Shown piece by piece: positions 62,341 through 64,000 of a stretch of 64,000 nucleotides of DNA. Source of the stretch: an uncultured Gammaproteobacteria bacterium (GTDB lineage Bacteria; Patescibacteriota; Patescibacteriia; Magasanikbacterales; UBA922). The stretch is taken from the NCBI GenBank assembly GCA_964597575.1, contig CAZQXB010000001.1:842892-906891 (forward strand). Reading direction: 5' to 3'. A model generated the notes under the pieces. The model was given only the letters and a program-made list of their open reading frames with translations, had not been told where the DNA came from and ran no database searches. The first letter of the stretch is position 1; each line of letters begins with the position of its first letter. The position numbers were made by a program, and so were the translations under genes.

Positions 62341-64000
62341 TTAGCCAAGTTTGATCCCAATGAGCTGACTAATACCATCATTTCCCATAGTGACCCCGTA
62401 TAAGGCGTCGGCTGCGTGCATGGTGGTTCGATTATGGGAAATAAGGATAAACTGCGAAGCTTCGGCAAGCTCTTTTAGAATGGTCGTAAAACGAAGGGTA
62501 TTCGCCTCATCGAGGGCCGCCTCAACTTCATCAAGAAGCACGAATGGCGAAGGGTTCGTTTTTAAAATAGCACAAATGAGGGCGATCGAGGTCATCGTGC
62601 GCTCTCCGCCAGAAAGCGAGGCCAGTTCTTTAATCTTCTTCCCTGGAGGGTTTGCGACAATATCGATACCAATAAGCACCTCTTCGGCTTTAGGTTTTTC
62701 TTCTGTCGAAACTTGAAGAGTCTCTCCTTCCCCGGCCTCCCCCATATCTTCCCCTTCTTCACCCTCTGGGGTCTCTGCCGAACCATACACTTCCACCAAA
62801 TCGGCCTTTCCTCCCTCAAATAAAATCTCGAAGTAGCGTGAAAATTCTTTTTTGATTTTACGAAATGCTTTATCCCGTCGTTTCTTCATGACCTCATCCA
62901 ACTCCTTTACTAAGCCAGATAAATCACGAAGTGCTTTTTCCAAATCATTCAATTCGGCAGCGAGATGTTCGTGGCGGTTTTTCGTCTCTTCGTGTTCACG
63001 AATAACATCTTCATCAATTCCGCCGATAAGGGTCAATTTATATTTCAATTTTTGGATATTTCCAAGCACACCCTCAAGCGCCTCTGGAGAAACGGTTGGG
63101 ATACCGCGCGAAACAATAGCAGACATTGACTCGTGCAGTTCTTGAAAAACCTCTTGCGATACATCTTCACACTTCGTATCGTACTTCGCAAGTTCAATTT
63201 GTTTACTATTTCTTTCTTCGGAAAGAACATTTAACCCTGACTGTTCGCTTTGCATCGAATCTTGGAGAGCGAATACACGACGTTTTTTCTCCTCCTCTTC
63301 TTCTTGAAAAGCTGCCATACCATTCTCGGCTTTTTTCTGTACCGCAAGCGCCGCTTCTACTTTTTCTTGAAGAACCGCTTGTTCCGCCTCAAGCAATTTC
63401 AACGCTTCCGTATATTCTTCCGGACTCATGGTCAGAAGCGCACGCTCTTGTTCAAGCCGAGCAAGCTCCTGAAGAGCGGTTTGTTTTTGCTCAGAAAGCA
63501 CAGACAACTTTGTTTGCGCAGCAACTTCAGCCCCTTCGCGACTTCGTTTTTCATTCAAGATGTCAGCAATACGCGCCTCTACTTCTTGTTGACGCTCAAC
63601 GAGAATTTGCCGATCTTCTTCTTTTACAGCGTGGGCTGCGAGTGGCACCTCATGCGACCCAAAACTGAGCCCTTCATGACGACGCCGACGAAAACCCCCC
63701 TTCATACTTCCATTCATTTCCATAAGATCCCCTTCAAGGGTGACCATACGCGCCCGACCGATCCCAATATTTCGAGCAATCGGAGTGGCATCGACCACAA
63801 CGGTACCACCAAATACAAAAGCAAAAATGTCGGCAAAGCGTTTATCAAAACGAAGTAAATCAAGCGCGCGACCATGTACACCAGCAGTGGCTAGAATATC
63901 AGTTGCCACCGTCACAGGTCGTGGGCGAATGGTTGAGAGCGGCAAAAATGTTGCGATACCAAGTTCTTCTCGACGTAAAAATTCAATACATCGTTCAGCC
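62341..64000 (-). CDS. smc: Chromosome partition protein SMC, C-terminal part. The gene continues beyond the window end.
   Basis: Long coiled coil, the ABC signature LSGGE (SLSGGERTMTSIAL) and the Walker B/D-loop FVLLDEVEAALD in the C-terminal head. Confidence 0.8.
   Translation of the reverse strand, partial: AERCIEFLRREELGIATFLPLSTIRPRPVTVATDILATAGVHGRALDLLRFDKRFADIFAFVFGGTVVVDATPIARNIGIGRARMVTLEGDLMEMNGSMKGGFRRRRHEGLSFGSHEVPLAAHAVKEEDRQILVERQQEVEARIADILNEKRSREGAEVAAQTKLSVLSEQKQTALQELARLEQERALLTMSPEEYTEALKLLEAEQAVLQEKVEAALAVQKKAENGMAAFQEEEEEKKRRVFALQDSMQSEQSGLNVLSEERNSKQIELAKYDTKCEDVSQEVFQELHESMSAIVSRGIPTVSPEALEGVLGNIQKLKYKLTLIGGIDEDVIREHEETKNRHEHLAAELNDLEKALRDLSGLVKELDEVMKKRRDKAFRKIKKEFSRYFEILFEGGKADLVEVYGSAETPEGEEGEDMGEAGEGETLQVSTEEKPKAEEVLIGIDIVANPPGKKIKELASLSGGERTMTSIALICAILKTNPSPFVLLDEVEAALDEANTLRFTTILKELAEASQFILISHNRTTMHAADALYGVTMGNDGISQLIGIKLG

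Overview
The host backbone is low-to-moderate GC (about 45%) and carries housekeeping genes. Identified genes include smpB with an adjacent tmRNA (ssrA), infC-rpmI-rplT, ppsA, pyk, nrdR, ftsZ-ftsA, dgkA, ybeY, rpsU, hisS, lepB, rpsP with its KH-domain partner, and a partial smc. There are three tRNAs: Asp-GTC, Ile-GAT and Val-GAC. Host genes mostly lack Shine-Dalgarno sequences, while canonical TTGACA-17-TATACT promoters are present. Together with the small-genome gene set and the giant surface proteins, this is compatible with a Patescibacteria/CPR-like bacterium, but that identification is tentative.

Superimposed on this backbone are several features that look foreign or accessory:
- A sharply bounded high-GC island (about 68% GC) at roughly 330-6800. 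It holds four minus-strand genes with strong SD sequences and no mobility genes. One is a Cys-rich, collagen-like lipoprotein with tandem repeats.
- A second isolated high-GC gene, a type I phosphoribosyltransferase, at 11979-12674.
- An AT-rich integrative element of about 12.5 kb (roughly 16.3-28.8 kb) inserted at tRNA-Asp. Its large serine recombinase overlaps the tRNA 3' end. Cargo includes a P-loop replication protein, a HicB/HicA pair, a NERD-domain protein, zinc-ribbon proteins and a two-gene module whose first protein resembles DUF4238.
- A three-copy structured repeat of about 115 nt. Each copy lies just downstream of a tRNA or tmRNA terminator, and its outer end is an inverted copy of that RNA's T-arm or 3' end.
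- A long co-directional surface locus: two paralogous giant proteins (3785 and 699 aa) sharing an N-terminal two-TM module, followed by three membrane-anchored thrombospondin-type-3 repeat proteins.
- ppsA fused to an extra C-terminal segment of about 250 aa that contains a TM helix.

No CRISPR array and no rRNA were seen.
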